Shown here: positions 49,060 through 58,466 of the stretch, one piece after another
Layout: each line of letters begins with the position of its first letter
How positions within the stretch are numbered: the first letter of the stretch is position 1
From: a bacterium
GTDB taxonomy: Bacteria; UBA8248
DNA length: 64,000 nt
Assembly: GCA_965219955.1 (NCBI GenBank)
Contig: OZ244799.1
Location: forward strand, 3,904,001 to 3,968,000
Direction: 5' to 3'
Program-made: the position numbers and the translations under genes
Notes under the pieces: generated by a model
What the model was told of the DNA's origin: nothing
Databases searched by the model: none
What the model saw: only the letters and a program-made list of their open reading frames with translations

Positions 49060-49668
49060 CTACATCTCGCGGCGGCCTTCGAGTGAGCGGGTGAGCGTCA
49101 TCTCGTCCGCGTATTCGAGATGGCTGCCCATGGGGAGGCCGTGCGCCAACTGGGTGACGCGCACGCCGAGCGGCTTGAGCACCTGTGCGAGATAGAGAGA
49201 AGTCCCCTCTCCCGCCATGTTTGGGTTCAGGGCCAGGATCACCTCTTTCACATCACTCGCCTTCACCCGCTCGATGAGCTTGGCGACGGTGAGGTCTTCG
49301 GGGTCCACGCCGTCCAAGGGGGAGATGACGCCCATCAGCACGTGGTAGCGGCCCTTCACGCCGCCCGCGCGCTCAACGGCGAAGACGTCCGCGGGTTCTT
49401 CCACCACGCAGATGACGCTCGGGTCGCGCGCGCCGCAAACCGAGCAGTCAATCCCGCCCGCTTCGCCTTCCACGAGCATCGAGCACGTGCCGCACAGGCC
49501 CACCTTTTCATGAAGCGCCTCGCAAGAGGCGGCGATTTTCCCGGCGGCATCGGGGTCCTTGCCCAAAAGGTGAAAAACGATCCGCTGCGCGCTCTTCGGC
49601 CCCACTCCCGGAAGGCGGCGGAACGCCTCGATGCACTCTTCTATGGCGGGAAAGCGGCTCAGCTGCAT
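49060..49668 (-). CDS. recR: Recombination mediator RecR
   Basis: LPGVGPKSAQR, C4 zinc finger, EVILALNP, LEYADE. Confidence 0.97.
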   Translation of the reverse strand: MQLSRFPAIEECIEAFRRLPGVGPKSAQRIVFHLLGKDPDAAGKIAASCEALHEKVGLCGTCSMLVEGEAGGIDCSVCGARDPSVICVVEEPADVFAVERAGGVKGRYHVLMGVISPLDGVDPEDLTVAKLIERVKASDVKEVILALNPNMAGEGTSLYLAQVLKPLGVRVTQLAHGLPMGSHLEYADEMTLTRSLEGRREM

Positions 49669-49759
49669 GGCGTTTTCTCACTCGCGTTTCAGGCGGCGGC
49701 CCGGAGCGACGATAATGGCGATATGAAAACGATGAGCGGCGCAGAGGCCGCGCACCTGT

Positions 49760-50077
49760 TCAGAACATGCCGGGAATGGGCAGGCCGCCGGTGAGTTTCT
49801 TCATCTCCTCGGACATCATGTCCTTGCCTTTTCGGGACGCCTCGTTGCACGCGGCGCGCACCAGGTCTTCGAGCATCTCCACGTCGTCGGGGTCGACCAC
49901 CTGCGGGTCTATCTTCACCGAGATCACGTCGCCCGCCCCGTTGGCGACCACGTTCACCATGCCGCCTCCGGCGGAAGCCTCCACCGTCTTCGCCGCCATC
50001 TCCTCCTGAAGCTTGGCCATCTTGTCCTGGATCTGGCGCGCCTGTTTCATCAGATTGCCGATGCCGCCTTTTAACAT
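49760..50077 (-). CDS. ybaB: YbaB/EbfC nucleoid-associated protein
   Basis: LMKQA, AGGGMV, DVEMLEDL; located between dnaX and recR. Confidence 0.96.
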   Translation of the reverse strand: MLKGGIGNLMKQARQIQDKMAKLQEEMAAKTVEASAGGGMVNVVANGAGDVISVKIDPQVVDPDDVEMLEDLVRAACNEASRKGKDMMSEEMKKLTGGLPIPGMF

Positions 50078-50108
50078 GAGAATCTCCCCGAGGTGTTTCC
50101 CTCACCAC

Positions 50109-51836
50109 TCAAGCGTATGAATTTCCACCCGATTTTCGCATCCGCCCCTGGCGAATGTCGACTATCTTTCCGTTGAACAAGTCCATGATTTCCTGAATTA
50201 CCGCCTCTTCATTCTCATCCGGTTTCCGGCCACGCGCATTGCTCGTTTCCCCGGCTCCCTGTCCGGTTTGCGAACCCGCTCCATTTTCCGCGCCCGCTAT
50301 CTCGACCCTGGCGCTCCAGGGGGAATGCTCCCGGAAAAACTCCTCGATTTCGGGCAGCACCTCCTGCGCCAAGTGCAGTCCCTGCGCGTTCCGGTTCTCC
50401 CGGGCGAGAACCACGCGGATGGTTCCTTCGGTTTCGAGGTCGAGCTCGACGCCGTGAAAGAGCGGGCGCCTCATCGGACGCAAGGCCTCCACCGCTCCCG
50501 TCCAGACGCGCCGCGCCTGAACGGTGTTCCACTCCTGTGTTTCTATATGCGCGACGGGAGAATCTCCCGAAGCAGGCTCGGTCGCAGGCGGCGGGGCGGG
50601 CGCCGTGGTTTCCCGGGGAACCGGAGGCGGCGCGGCGGCTGGAGTTTCCGCCCTCGTCGAGGGGGCGCGCGGGGGATTCGGCGCCGCTCCCCCGCTCATG
50701 GATTCGAGCCTCTCCATCAATGCGCCCAAATCCGCAATCGGCTCAATCTGGCACATGCGCAGAATCGCGACTTCGAGCGTCATGCGGGGATGATCCGAAG
50801 TCCTGAGTTCGAACTCCGCTCCCTGCAGAATGGAATACGCCTGATGCGCCTCGGTGAAACTCATCTTCGCGGCCACCTGCTTGCGTTCTTCGATCTCCGA
50901 AGCCGCCACGTCGAAGAGCGCCTCATCGTCGCCTGCCGATAAGAGCACCATGCAGTCGCGCAGATACTCGAGCAGGTTCGCGGAGAAGAGCTTGAGATCG
51001 TGGCCCGCGTCGAAGAGACCCTTGAGCTCGGTGAGCGCCCTGTTCCCGTCGCGCTCGATCACCGCCTCGACCAGGGCTTTATAAATGCTGCCCGAGGGCA
51101 CCCCGAGCACCTTTTCCACTTCTTCACCCGATACCGGATCCTCGGCGGCGAAAGCCAGCACCTGGTCGAGCAGGGATTGCGCATCGCGGATGCTGCCCTC
51201 CCCCATCCGCGCCAGCAGCTTGACGGCCGCCTCGTCCATCTTCCTGCCCTGCGCCTCGACGATCTTAGAAAGATGTTCCGCGATGACGGAAGTCGTGATC
51301 CTCCGGAACTCGAACACCTGGCAGCGGCTTAAAATGGTGTCGGGGACGTTCTTGATCTCCGTGGTGGCCAGGATGAAAACGACGTGGGGCGGGGGTTCTT
51401 CGAGCGTTTTCAAGAGCGCGTTGAAGGAGCTTTTCGAGAGCATGTGCACTTCATCGAAAATCACCGTCTTGTAGCGCCCGCGCGCGGGCTGGTAGCGAAG
51501 GCCCTCGCGCAGTTCGCGCACGTTGTCCACACCCGTATAGGTGGCGGCGTCGATCTCCAGAATATCCGGGTGGCTTCCCCCGGTGATCTCCTCGCACGAT
51601 GAGCACTCGTTGCACGGCTCGGGCAGAGGCCCGTCTCCCGATTCGCAGTTGAGCGCCTTGGCGAGAATGCGCGCGGTGGTCGTTTTGCCGACACCGCGCG
51701 TTCCGCTGAACAGGTAGGCGGACGCGACGCGCCCCGAGGCGAGCGCGTTCGAGAGCGTTCGCCGGATGTGCTCCTGGCCGATGAGTTCTTCGAAACGCTG
51801 CGGACGCCATTTCCTGGCGCTACCGATGAAGGCCAT
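50109..51836 (-). CDS. dnaX: DNA polymerase III subunit gamma/tau
   Basis: ARKWRPQRF, GTRGVGKT, CNEC, DEVHMLS, SRC; real start MAFIG (the ORF-track extension runs through the SRP RNA). Confidence 0.96.
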   Translation of the reverse strand: MAFIGSARKWRPQRFEELIGQEHIRRTLSNALASGRVASAYLFSGTRGVGKTTTARILAKALNCESGDGPLPEPCNECSSCEEITGGSHPDILEIDAATYTGVDNVRELREGLRYQPARGRYKTVIFDEVHMLSKSSFNALLKTLEEPPPHVVFILATTEIKNVPDTILSRCQVFEFRRITTSVIAEHLSKIVEAQGRKMDEAAVKLLARMGEGSIRDAQSLLDQVLAFAAEDPVSGEEVEKVLGVPSGSIYKALVEAVIERDGNRALTELKGLFDAGHDLKLFSANLLEYLRDCMVLLSAGDDEALFDVAASEIEERKQVAAKMSFTEAHQAYSILQGAEFELRTSDHPRMTLEVAILRMCQIEPIADLGALMERLESMSGGAAPNPPRAPSTRAETPAAAPPPVPRETTAPAPPPATEPASGDSPVAHIETQEWNTVQARRVWTGAVEALRPMRRPLFHGVELDLETEGTIRVVLARENRNAQGLHLAQEVLPEIEEFFREHSPWSARVEIAGAENGAGSQTGQGAGETSNARGRKPDENEEAVIQEIMDLFNGKIVDIRQGRMRKSGGNSYA

Positions 51837-51901
51837 CAAGAATCCATCCCAAGGATTTCCGCCGTTGAGGGGCCCCATACCCCCATGAGCGGCGCGCGGA
51901 C

Positions 51902-52034
51902 CCTGCGATGGAGTCGACCGGCCAGGCGCCCTCGTGGCACCCGGGAGTGTCCACTTACCGCTGCTTCCTTCCGGACCTGACGGGGTTCGCGGGCTCCCGC
52001 CGCACGAGACCCAACCGGCCGAATCCATCGCAGG
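51902..52034 (-). ncRNA. ffs: Signal recognition particle RNA (ends approximate)
   Basis: GTCAGGTCCGGAAGGAAGCAGC helix-8 motif in a long hairpin; usual position upstream of dnaX. Confidence 0.95.
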
Positions 52035-52256
52035 CTCTTGGGGAAATCCTACCCCGTCCCCCGGCCTTTGGGAAGCGGGCGCGCCGGCATTTCGGCGACG
52101 GCGAACCACGCGGCGGATAACCGGCCATATAACATGGCGTTAGGGGGAGTCCTGCTTGAGCAGACGACGCCCGAGGGGAAATGACGCGCCAAGCCGGGAA
52201 CACCGTCATTCGCCGGAATGACGATCGAAAACCCGGCCGTAACCAGGGGATTCCCC

Positions 52257-52557
52257 GTAAGGGCGGTTCGCGAGCCGCCCCTACGGGATTGTTGAAAAAG
52301 CTCTGATTCAGTCGGGGTTGTGGTTGTAGTAGGGACAACCCTTTGGGGTTGTCCTGCCCTCCGTGGTTGTCCTTTTTGCAAGATGATTACAATCAGGACA
52401 GGCACGGAGGCCTGTCCCTACGGGATCATCACGTCACCGACCGGAAGAATATATAGACTTTTACAGGGGGTAGGGGGCATTCCTTTGAGAAAGACTTTTT
52501 CAACGACCCCTTTCAACAAGGGGTTCCCCGTAGGGGCGGTTCGCGAACCGCCCCTAC
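52257..52557. repeat. REP cluster: two GTAGGGGCGGTTCGCGAACCGCCCCTAC-type palindromes around a TGTTGAAAAA bracket
   Basis: 52257-52284 (imperfect), 52530-52557 (perfect palindrome), bracket 52285-52510. Confidence 0.85.
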
Positions 52558-52727
52558 AAAACCCTAAACCCCACCCACATCGCTCGAAATTCCTCTCGCA
52601 CAGGCCGACAGGCATCGCCAATCCACGCGCAATGGGGTTAGAATGCGCCGTTCCAGCATCTGACTACGTGAAGCCCTCTCGGTGCGCGTACTTGATTCGC
52701 ACCGAATAAGGAAAGGCCGCCGGACGC

Positions 52728-53588
52728 ATGTCGTATTCCAAAGTCGTCGAACTCGCGGAGGGAAAGGTTTACGCCCTCCACAACACGTTCCCGCTGGACG
52801 GGCGCATCAGCGCATACCCCATCAGCGCGCGCGGGCACAGCGTCTCGAACTGCTATCTGCTGAAAGAAGACGAGGGCGCGCTCCTGCTCGATACGGGCTA
52901 TGTCGTTCACGAATCCGAAATCCTGTCGCAGATGGAATCCCTCATCGAGCCCGATACGCCCCTGCACCTGCTTCCCCTGCGCATCAACGAGTTCATGTCG
53001 GTGGGCAACGCCATGGCGATCGCCAAACGCTTCAACGTGGTGGAGTGCCTCGCCCCGGTGCCGGAGATCAACGAGTGGCTCGAGTTCGAAGCGCTCGAAC
53101 CCGGCGGAAGCAACGGCAACCCCGTCCTTCCCACCACGATACTGAAGCCGCTTCATCCCATCGAAATCGGCGATAGATACATCGAGGTGATGAACGCGCC
53201 GATCCGCCTCATCAGCACCCGCTGGATTTACGATGCGGCCACGCGCACCCTGTTCACCTCGGACATGTTCAGCCACCTTTGGGCGGAGGGGGCGGAAGGC
53301 CCCTGGCTGCTGGATGAAGACGGGGTGACGACGACTTCCTTCGTTCGCTCGTTCCTGCTGAACACGCGCTACTGGTGGCTCGAGGGCGCGAGGACGGATT
53401 CCATCCGCAAAGGAATCACGGAAGTCTTCGAGCGCTACGAGATCGAGACCATCGCTCCGGGCTATGGCGCGGTGCTGCGCGGACGCCATCTGGTGGAGCG
53501 GCAATTTGCCGTGCTAGATGAGGTTCTGGCGGGTCTCGACCGGGGCGTCGTCAAGCCGAACTACGTCGCGCTCGGTTTAGAGAGATAA
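52728..53588 (+). CDS. Metallo-beta-lactamase-fold protein (FprA/ODP-like), metal ligands degenerate
   Basis: NCYLL, LLLDTG, LFTSDMF, IAPGYG; HxExDH replaced by RINEFMS. Confidence 0.7.
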   Translation: MSYSKVVELAEGKVYALHNTFPLDGRISAYPISARGHSVSNCYLLKEDEGALLLDTGYVVHESEILSQMESLIEPDTPLHLLPLRINEFMSVGNAMAIAKRFNVVECLAPVPEINEWLEFEALEPGGSNGNPVLPTTILKPLHPIEIGDRYIEVMNAPIRLISTRWIYDAATRTLFTSDMFSHLWAEGAEGPWLLDEDGVTTTSFVRSFLLNTRYWWLEGARTDSIRKGITEVFERYEIETIAPGYGAVLRGRHLVERQFAVLDEVLAGLDRGVVKPNYVALGLER

Positions 53589-53594
53589 CAGCGC

Positions 53595-54356
53595 ATGAGC
53601 CATCCCCTGCCTCGAGAAGTCTCGCCCGGCGTCTTCTGGCTCGGCGACTGCCTCGTGCAGCACTCGCAGGGCAAAATCTATCACTCCTACAACGCGGCCT
53701 TCCTCGTCATCGGCTCAGAAGCCTCCATGCTGATAGAAACGGGACACCCCAAGGATTTCCCCATCATCGAGCGCCAGATGAAGGACATTCTGTCCCGCGG
53801 CGGAGGGCCGCTCAAGCACCTGTTCCTGACCCATCAGGAGACCCCCCACTCGGGAGGTCTGGGCCGCGTGCTCGACAGGTACCCCGACCTCACCATCCAC
53901 GGAGACATGTGCGACTACCATCTCGCGTTTCCCCAGCACGAAGGCCGCTTCAAGGAGATGCGGGTGGGAGACGCCATCGACCTGGGCGATACGAAGTTCA
54001 TGGCCGTGGAGCCGGTGATCCGGGACTTGAGGAGTTCGCTCTGGGGGTTCGAGACCAAAGGGCGCGTGCTGTTTCCCGGAGACGGCTTCGCCTACAGCCA
54101 CTACCATACGGACGGTCATTGCGGGATGTTCGCCGAAGAGGCCACGTCTCTCGATCTGGTCGACGTGCTGGGCGTATTCGCCGAGCGCGCCCTGTACTGG
54201 ACCACCTTCACCGACATGAACGTCTACGCCGACAAGCTCGAAGAGTTGATGGATGAACTAGACGTCGAAATCGTCGCGCCGACGCACGGCCTGCCGATAC
54301 GGGACATCGCGCAAACGATGCCGAAAGTCCGGGAGGGCCTTGTCCGGGGCGACTGA
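53595..54356 (+). CDS. Metallo-beta-lactamase-fold protein (FprA/ODP-like, no flavodoxin domain)
   Basis: YNAAFLV, THQETPH, FPGDGF, APTHG. Confidence 0.78.
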   Translation: MSHPLPREVSPGVFWLGDCLVQHSQGKIYHSYNAAFLVIGSEASMLIETGHPKDFPIIERQMKDILSRGGGPLKHLFLTHQETPHSGGLGRVLDRYPDLTIHGDMCDYHLAFPQHEGRFKEMRVGDAIDLGDTKFMAVEPVIRDLRSSLWGFETKGRVLFPGDGFAYSHYHTDGHCGMFAEEATSLDLVDVLGVFAERALYWTTFTDMNVYADKLEELMDELDVEIVAPTHGLPIRDIAQTMPKVREGLVRGD

Positions 54357-54422
54357 GGCGCTATCCCCGGGAGAGAAGAATTCCAACCGGTGAACGGGGA
54401 ATGGCAGGGACAGGGCCTCCTC

Positions 54423-54769
54423 GGGGTTGTTGAAAAAGCCCTGATTCCGTGATTCAGAGTAAGTAGCCGACCGAAGAGGGAAGAAACGTCACGATCCCCT
54501 TGTAGAGCACCCAACAACCACTCCCCCCTTGAGGGTCTGGCTTCCCGAGGGGAAAGCCAGACGATGAAGCCGAGCGGTTTGTGCGAAGGCTGAATCGGTG
54601 GGGGGTAAAATACGTTTTATCGCCATTCCGAATTATACCCCCCATCGAATCGCTTTCGGGCTTACGCCCTTAGCTCTTCGACTCCCCCTCAAGGGGGGAG
54701 TGATTTTTCTCTCTCGTCGGTCGGTTACATATAACAAATCCAGAGTTCCGGGGCTTTTTCAACAACCCC
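54423..54769. mobile_element. Composite element: same arms as 28578-28920, enclosing element A (copy 5, 54518-54703) in reverse orientation
   Basis: GGGGTTGTTGAAAAAGCC...GGCTTTTTCAACAACCCC. Confidence 0.78.
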
Positions 54770-54787
54770 GCCCTGGCCAGGCTTGAC

Positions 54788-55186
54788 TTAAACGTCCTCC
54801 ACCAGCTCCCAGAGCGTACCCATCGTGCTCTTGGGCTTGATGAAGGCGATGAGGTGCCCGCCGAAGCCGGGTCTTGATTTCTCATCAATCAACTCGAAGC
54901 CCTGCGCCTTCATCTCGGCCAGCACGCCGTCGATGTTCTTCACGTCGAAGGCGACGTGGTGGAGGCCCTCGCCGCGCTCCTCGATGAACTTGGCGAGAGG
55001 CGAATCCTGTTTGATGGGCGAGATGGGCTCGATGAGGTCGCCGCCCAGGTCCAGCATGGCCAGATCGGTCGCGCCGTCTGCGGAGGTCTCCCGCGCGAGC
55101 AGCTTCGCGCCCATGCCCTCGTACAAAGCGATGGCGGCGTCCATGTCCTTCACCGCGACGCCGATGTGATGAAATTTGTTGAACAT
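54788..55186 (-). CDS. VOC family protein, methylmalonyl-CoA epimerase-like
   Basis: HHIGVAV, GEGLHHVAF, IAFIKPKSTMGTLWELVE. Confidence 0.88.
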   Translation of the reverse strand: MFNKFHHIGVAVKDMDAAIALYEGMGAKLLARETSADGATDLAMLDLGGDLIEPISPIKQDSPLAKFIEERGEGLHHVAFDVKNIDGVLAEMKAQGFELIDEKSRPGFGGHLIAFIKPKSTMGTLWELVEDV

Positions 55187-55381
55187 ATCCGTATTTCCTC
55201 CTTGTCAGGCGCGGCGAGGGATAATATCCGCCCCGCCGCATCGTTGTTTCGAAGATGTTTAGCAGGCTTGGGGGGATTCCACAATCGAACCTGCCCGGGA
55301 AACTATACTCGGCGCGGCGTTTGTCGTATCCTGCGCGCATCAACGAAATTATGCGAACCACACATTCATGAGGAGATATCC

Positions 55382-55942
55382 ATGACAGGTCCTGTTGATG
55401 GACACAGCACCTCCACCGTGCCGGGCGAGCGCGTCATCGACAAGCCCGAACTCCCCAAAGGGGGGCTGTATACCGACAACACCGTCCACACCGAGATGCA
55501 CGAGGGCTCCCTGCAGCTCAAGCGCGGCACGGCGGGAGATTTCGAGATTTTCTGCGACGAGGGCGCGCACATCGGCGGCACGGCGCAATACCCCACGCCG
55601 ATGGCCTATCTCGCCATGGCGACGGGGTTCTGACTGCTCACCCAGGTGTCGCGGTACGCGCACATGATGAAAATGGATATCAAGGGGGCGAGCGTTTCGG
55701 TGCGGTTCCGGAAACTGCTGGGCGGCTCGGTGCTCAAGGGCACCGTGTTCAACAAGTGGGAGGCCGTGGACACGCATCTCAAAGTCGAATCGGACGAGCC
55801 CGCGGACAGACTAGCCCACCTCATCAAGAACGCCAAGAACGGCTGCTTCGCCGAAGCCCTGATCACCGAGCCGGTGCCGCTCCACTCCACCGTGGAGGTG
55901 AACGGCGAACCCTTCGAGATAGAGGGCGTGACGGCGGATTAA
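55382..55942 (+). CDS. OsmC-like protein, predicted selenoprotein (Sec at codon 84, TGA 55631-55633), 186 aa
   Basis: DEG...GG...PTP...ATGF-TGA-LLTQ continues in frame to AKNGCF; GAGGAG RBS; hairpin 12 nt after the TGA. Confidence 0.82.
55646..55663 (+). promoter_or_regulatory. Putative bacterial SECIS element
   Basis: GTG(T)CGC-GGTAC-GCGCAC hairpin with bulged U and G-led loop. Confidence 0.65.
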
Positions 55943-55964
55943 CCCCCATACCTGGAGTTTTTAC

Positions 55965-56414
55965 ATGGAATACTTCCACGCATCTGAAGACATCGCCTTC
56001 GGCTCGCAGCCCGAGCCTGCGGATCTGGAATCCCTCGCCGCAAGAGGCGTCAGGACCATCATCAACACGCGCTTTCCCGAGGAAGACCAGGGCGATCTGC
56101 CGCCCGAGCGCGCAAAGGCGGAGGCCGAGGCACTGGGGATGCGCTACGTGAACGTCCCCGTCTCGCCCGCCGAGTTCAGCCCCGCCTCGCTGGCCGAGGT
56201 GAGCCGCGCTCTCTCTGAAGCCAGGGCCCACGGCCCGACGTTCGTCCACTGAAAAGCCACGGGGCGGGCCGGGATTTGCTCGCTGAACCATCTGGCTGAT
56301 GAGAACGAGTGGACGGCGCGGGAGATGGAGGGAGCCGCCGACGCCACCGGATTCGACTGGCGCGCCGCGCCGCTCGCGCCCAAGTACCGCGAGTTCTTCG
56401 CAAGGAGACCCTGA
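55965..56414 (+). CDS. DUF442/PTP-like sulfurtransferase, predicted selenoprotein (Sec at codon 96, TGA 56250-56252), 149 aa
   Basis: GSQP, GVRTIINTR..EE, ALGMRYVNVPV, PTFVH-TGA-KATGRA matching H-C-x4-R; frame stays open 53 more codons. Confidence 0.8.
56264..56283 (+). promoter_or_regulatory. Putative bacterial SECIS element
   Basis: GCGGGC-CGGGATTT-GCTCGC hairpin starting 11 nt after the TGA. Confidence 0.6.
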
Positions 56415-56436
56415 GCAGGCGCAACGGGGGCGCCGC

Positions 56437-57495
56437 TCAGGAAACCGTCATTCGCGTCTCGGTATTTTCTTGTTCCTCCAATGGAAAATGGCAGGCGGTT
56501 TCGATTCCGCCGGGATGAGGAGTCAGTCCGGGCATTTCCTGTCGACACATCTCCTCTCTGCGGGGACAGCGGGAATAAAACCGGCAAACATGCGAGGAAG
56601 GATCGATGGGACTCATCGGCTCGCCGGTCAATCGCACCCGCTCGGTGCGCTCGGTCGTGTTGATGGCGGGTATGGCGGAGAGGAGCGCCCGGGTGTAGGG
56701 ATGGCGCGGGCGGCGCAGGATTTCCCGGGTAGGGCCGGACTCCACGATTTTGCCGAGATACATCACCAGCACCCTTTGGCAGAGCAGCCGGACGACGTTC
56801 AGGTCATGGGAGACGAACAGGTAGCTCATCCCGAGGCGGTTTTTCAGATCTTCGAGAAGATGCAGGATGACCGCCTGAACCGAAACGTCCAGGGCCGAGG
56901 TGGGCTCATCCAGAATGAGGAGCGAGGGCTCGAGCGCTATCGCTCGTGCGATACCGACCCTCGCCTTCTGGCCGCCTGAGAGTTGGTGCGGATAACGGGT
57001 CAGAAATTCGGGGGCGAGGCCCACGAGGTTGCACAGTTCCTCCACGCGCTTTCTGAGCTGAGGGCCGCTGCGCATTCCCCCCAGGCGCAAGAGCGGATCG
57101 GCAACCACCCGATAAGTGGTGAATCCGGGATTCAGGCTCTCCGTGGGGTCCTGGAACACCATCTGGATTTTCCGGCGCTTCTCGCCCTGGATGAAGCGGC
57201 TCGCCGGAATCCCCCCGATGTTCCTGCCCTCGAAGGCGATGGCGCCTGACGTCGGGTCCTGCAGACGGGCGATCAAACGGGCCAGCGTGGACTTCCCGCA
57301 GCCGGACTCGCCCACGAGGCCGACGCTCTCTCCCGCTTCGATCGTGAAAGTCACGCCGTCCACGGCGTGAAGATACCCCGCTTCGTCTCGTTCTTCGGCC
57401 CCCATGCCCCGCAGCGAATTCCAGACCCTTCCAAGCGCCCCGCTTCTGCGGATCGGGAACTTCTTCAGGAGGTCGACGGTTTGGAGCAATGCCAT
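56437..57495 (-). CDS. Peptide/nickel ABC ATP-binding protein (DppF/OppF-like)
   Basis: GESGCGKS, LSGGQKAR, HPYTRALL, C-terminal Cys cluster. Confidence 0.93.
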   Translation of the reverse strand: MALLQTVDLLKKFPIRRSGALGRVWNSLRGMGAEERDEAGYLHAVDGVTFTIEAGESVGLVGESGCGKSTLARLIARLQDPTSGAIAFEGRNIGGIPASRFIQGEKRRKIQMVFQDPTESLNPGFTTYRVVADPLLRLGGMRSGPQLRKRVEELCNLVGLAPEFLTRYPHQLSGGQKARVGIARAIALEPSLLILDEPTSALDVSVQAVILHLLEDLKNRLGMSYLFVSHDLNVVRLLCQRVLVMYLGKIVESGPTREILRRPRHPYTRALLSAIPAINTTERTERVRLTGEPMSPIDPSSHVCRFYSRCPRREEMCRQEMPGLTPHPGGIETACHFPLEEQENTETRMTVS

Positions 57496-58466
57496 CAGAG
57501 AGGGTACCGGCAGGCGACGAGATGGCCCGCTTCGGTCTCCAGACGGGGAAGCGGCGGTTCGAGGCAATCCTCTTTGAGGTGTTCGCACCGCTCACTGTAG
57601 CGGCAAGCCGGGAGTTGCGCGCGCAGATCCGGCAGGTTGCCGGGAATCGAAGAAAGCTCGGCGAGGTCTCTGCTCGCATTCGGCGTGGCGCCGATGAGTT
57701 TCGCCGTGTAGGGATGCCGCGGACGCATGAACAGGTGTTCGGTATCGGCCACTTCGACCACGTGTCCCGAGTGCATGACGATTATCCTGTCGCAGTATTC
57801 CGAGGCGAGGCCGAGGTCGTGGGTGATGAGGATCGTTCCCATGTTTCTCTCACGCGCCGCGTCCTTGATGAGGTCCATGATCACGGCCTGAGTCGTGACG
57901 TCCAGACCCGTTACGGGTTCGTCCGCTATCAGGAGCCAGGGGTTGGAGGAGATGGCGACTGCAATCATTACGCGCTGGCACATGCCGCCGGAGAGTTCGA
58001 ACGGATAGGCGCGATAGCGCTTCTCGGGATCCGGGATATGGACCTGGTTGAGCAGATCGAGTGCTCGCTCGCGAATCTGCCGGCCACGGAAGCTGCTGTG
58101 GCGATAGATGACGTCCTCGAGTTGTCTGCCGATGGTCCGGATGGGGTTCAGCGCCGTTCTCGGGCTCTGGAAGATCATAGCGAGCTCACGTCCCCGCATT
58201 TCCTGCAGTTCTTGCCCGGACTTTTCGAGCAGAGAGATGCCCCCGAAAACAATCCGGCCCGAGGTGATTTTCGCCGCCGGATCGGAAATCCCCATGATGG
58301 CGTAAGACATCACGGATTTTCCCGAGCCACTCTCGCCGACGACGCCGACAGTCTGCCCTTTTTCGATCTCGAAACTTACGTTCTCGAGCGCCTTGACGAC
58401 GCCGGTTCGGGTGCGGAATTCGAGCGAGAGATCATCGACGGCGAGAAGAGGGTTCCGGGATTCCAT
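57495..58466 (-). CDS. Peptide/nickel ABC ATP-binding protein (DppD/OppD-like)
   Basis: GESGSGKS, LSGGMCQR, HPYT; real start MESRNP. Confidence 0.93.
   Translation of the reverse strand: MESRNPLLAVDDLSLEFRTRTGVVKALENVSFEIEKGQTVGVVGESGSGKSVMSYAIMGISDPAAKITSGRIVFGGISLLEKSGQELQEMRGRELAMIFQSPRTALNPIRTIGRQLEDVIYRHSSFRGRQIRERALDLLNQVHIPDPEKRYRAYPFELSGGMCQRVMIAVAISSNPWLLIADEPVTGLDVTTQAVIMDLIKDAARERNMGTILITHDLGLASEYCDRIIVMHSGHVVEVADTEHLFMRPRHPYTAKLIGATPNASRDLAELSSIPGNLPDLRAQLPACRYSERCEHLKEDCLEPPLPRLETEAGHLVACRYPL

Noticed and set aside
51837-52109. 91-aa N-terminal extension of DnaX in the ORF track
   Set aside because: It overlaps the SRP RNA; DnaX homology begins at MAFIGSARKWRP
55631-56252. Two nonsense pseudogenes, or genome-wide UGA reassignment
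   Set aside because: Both TGAs fall on catalytic Cys positions with 3' hairpins, while many other genes here end normally at TGA; pseudogene status is not fully excluded without selABCD evidence
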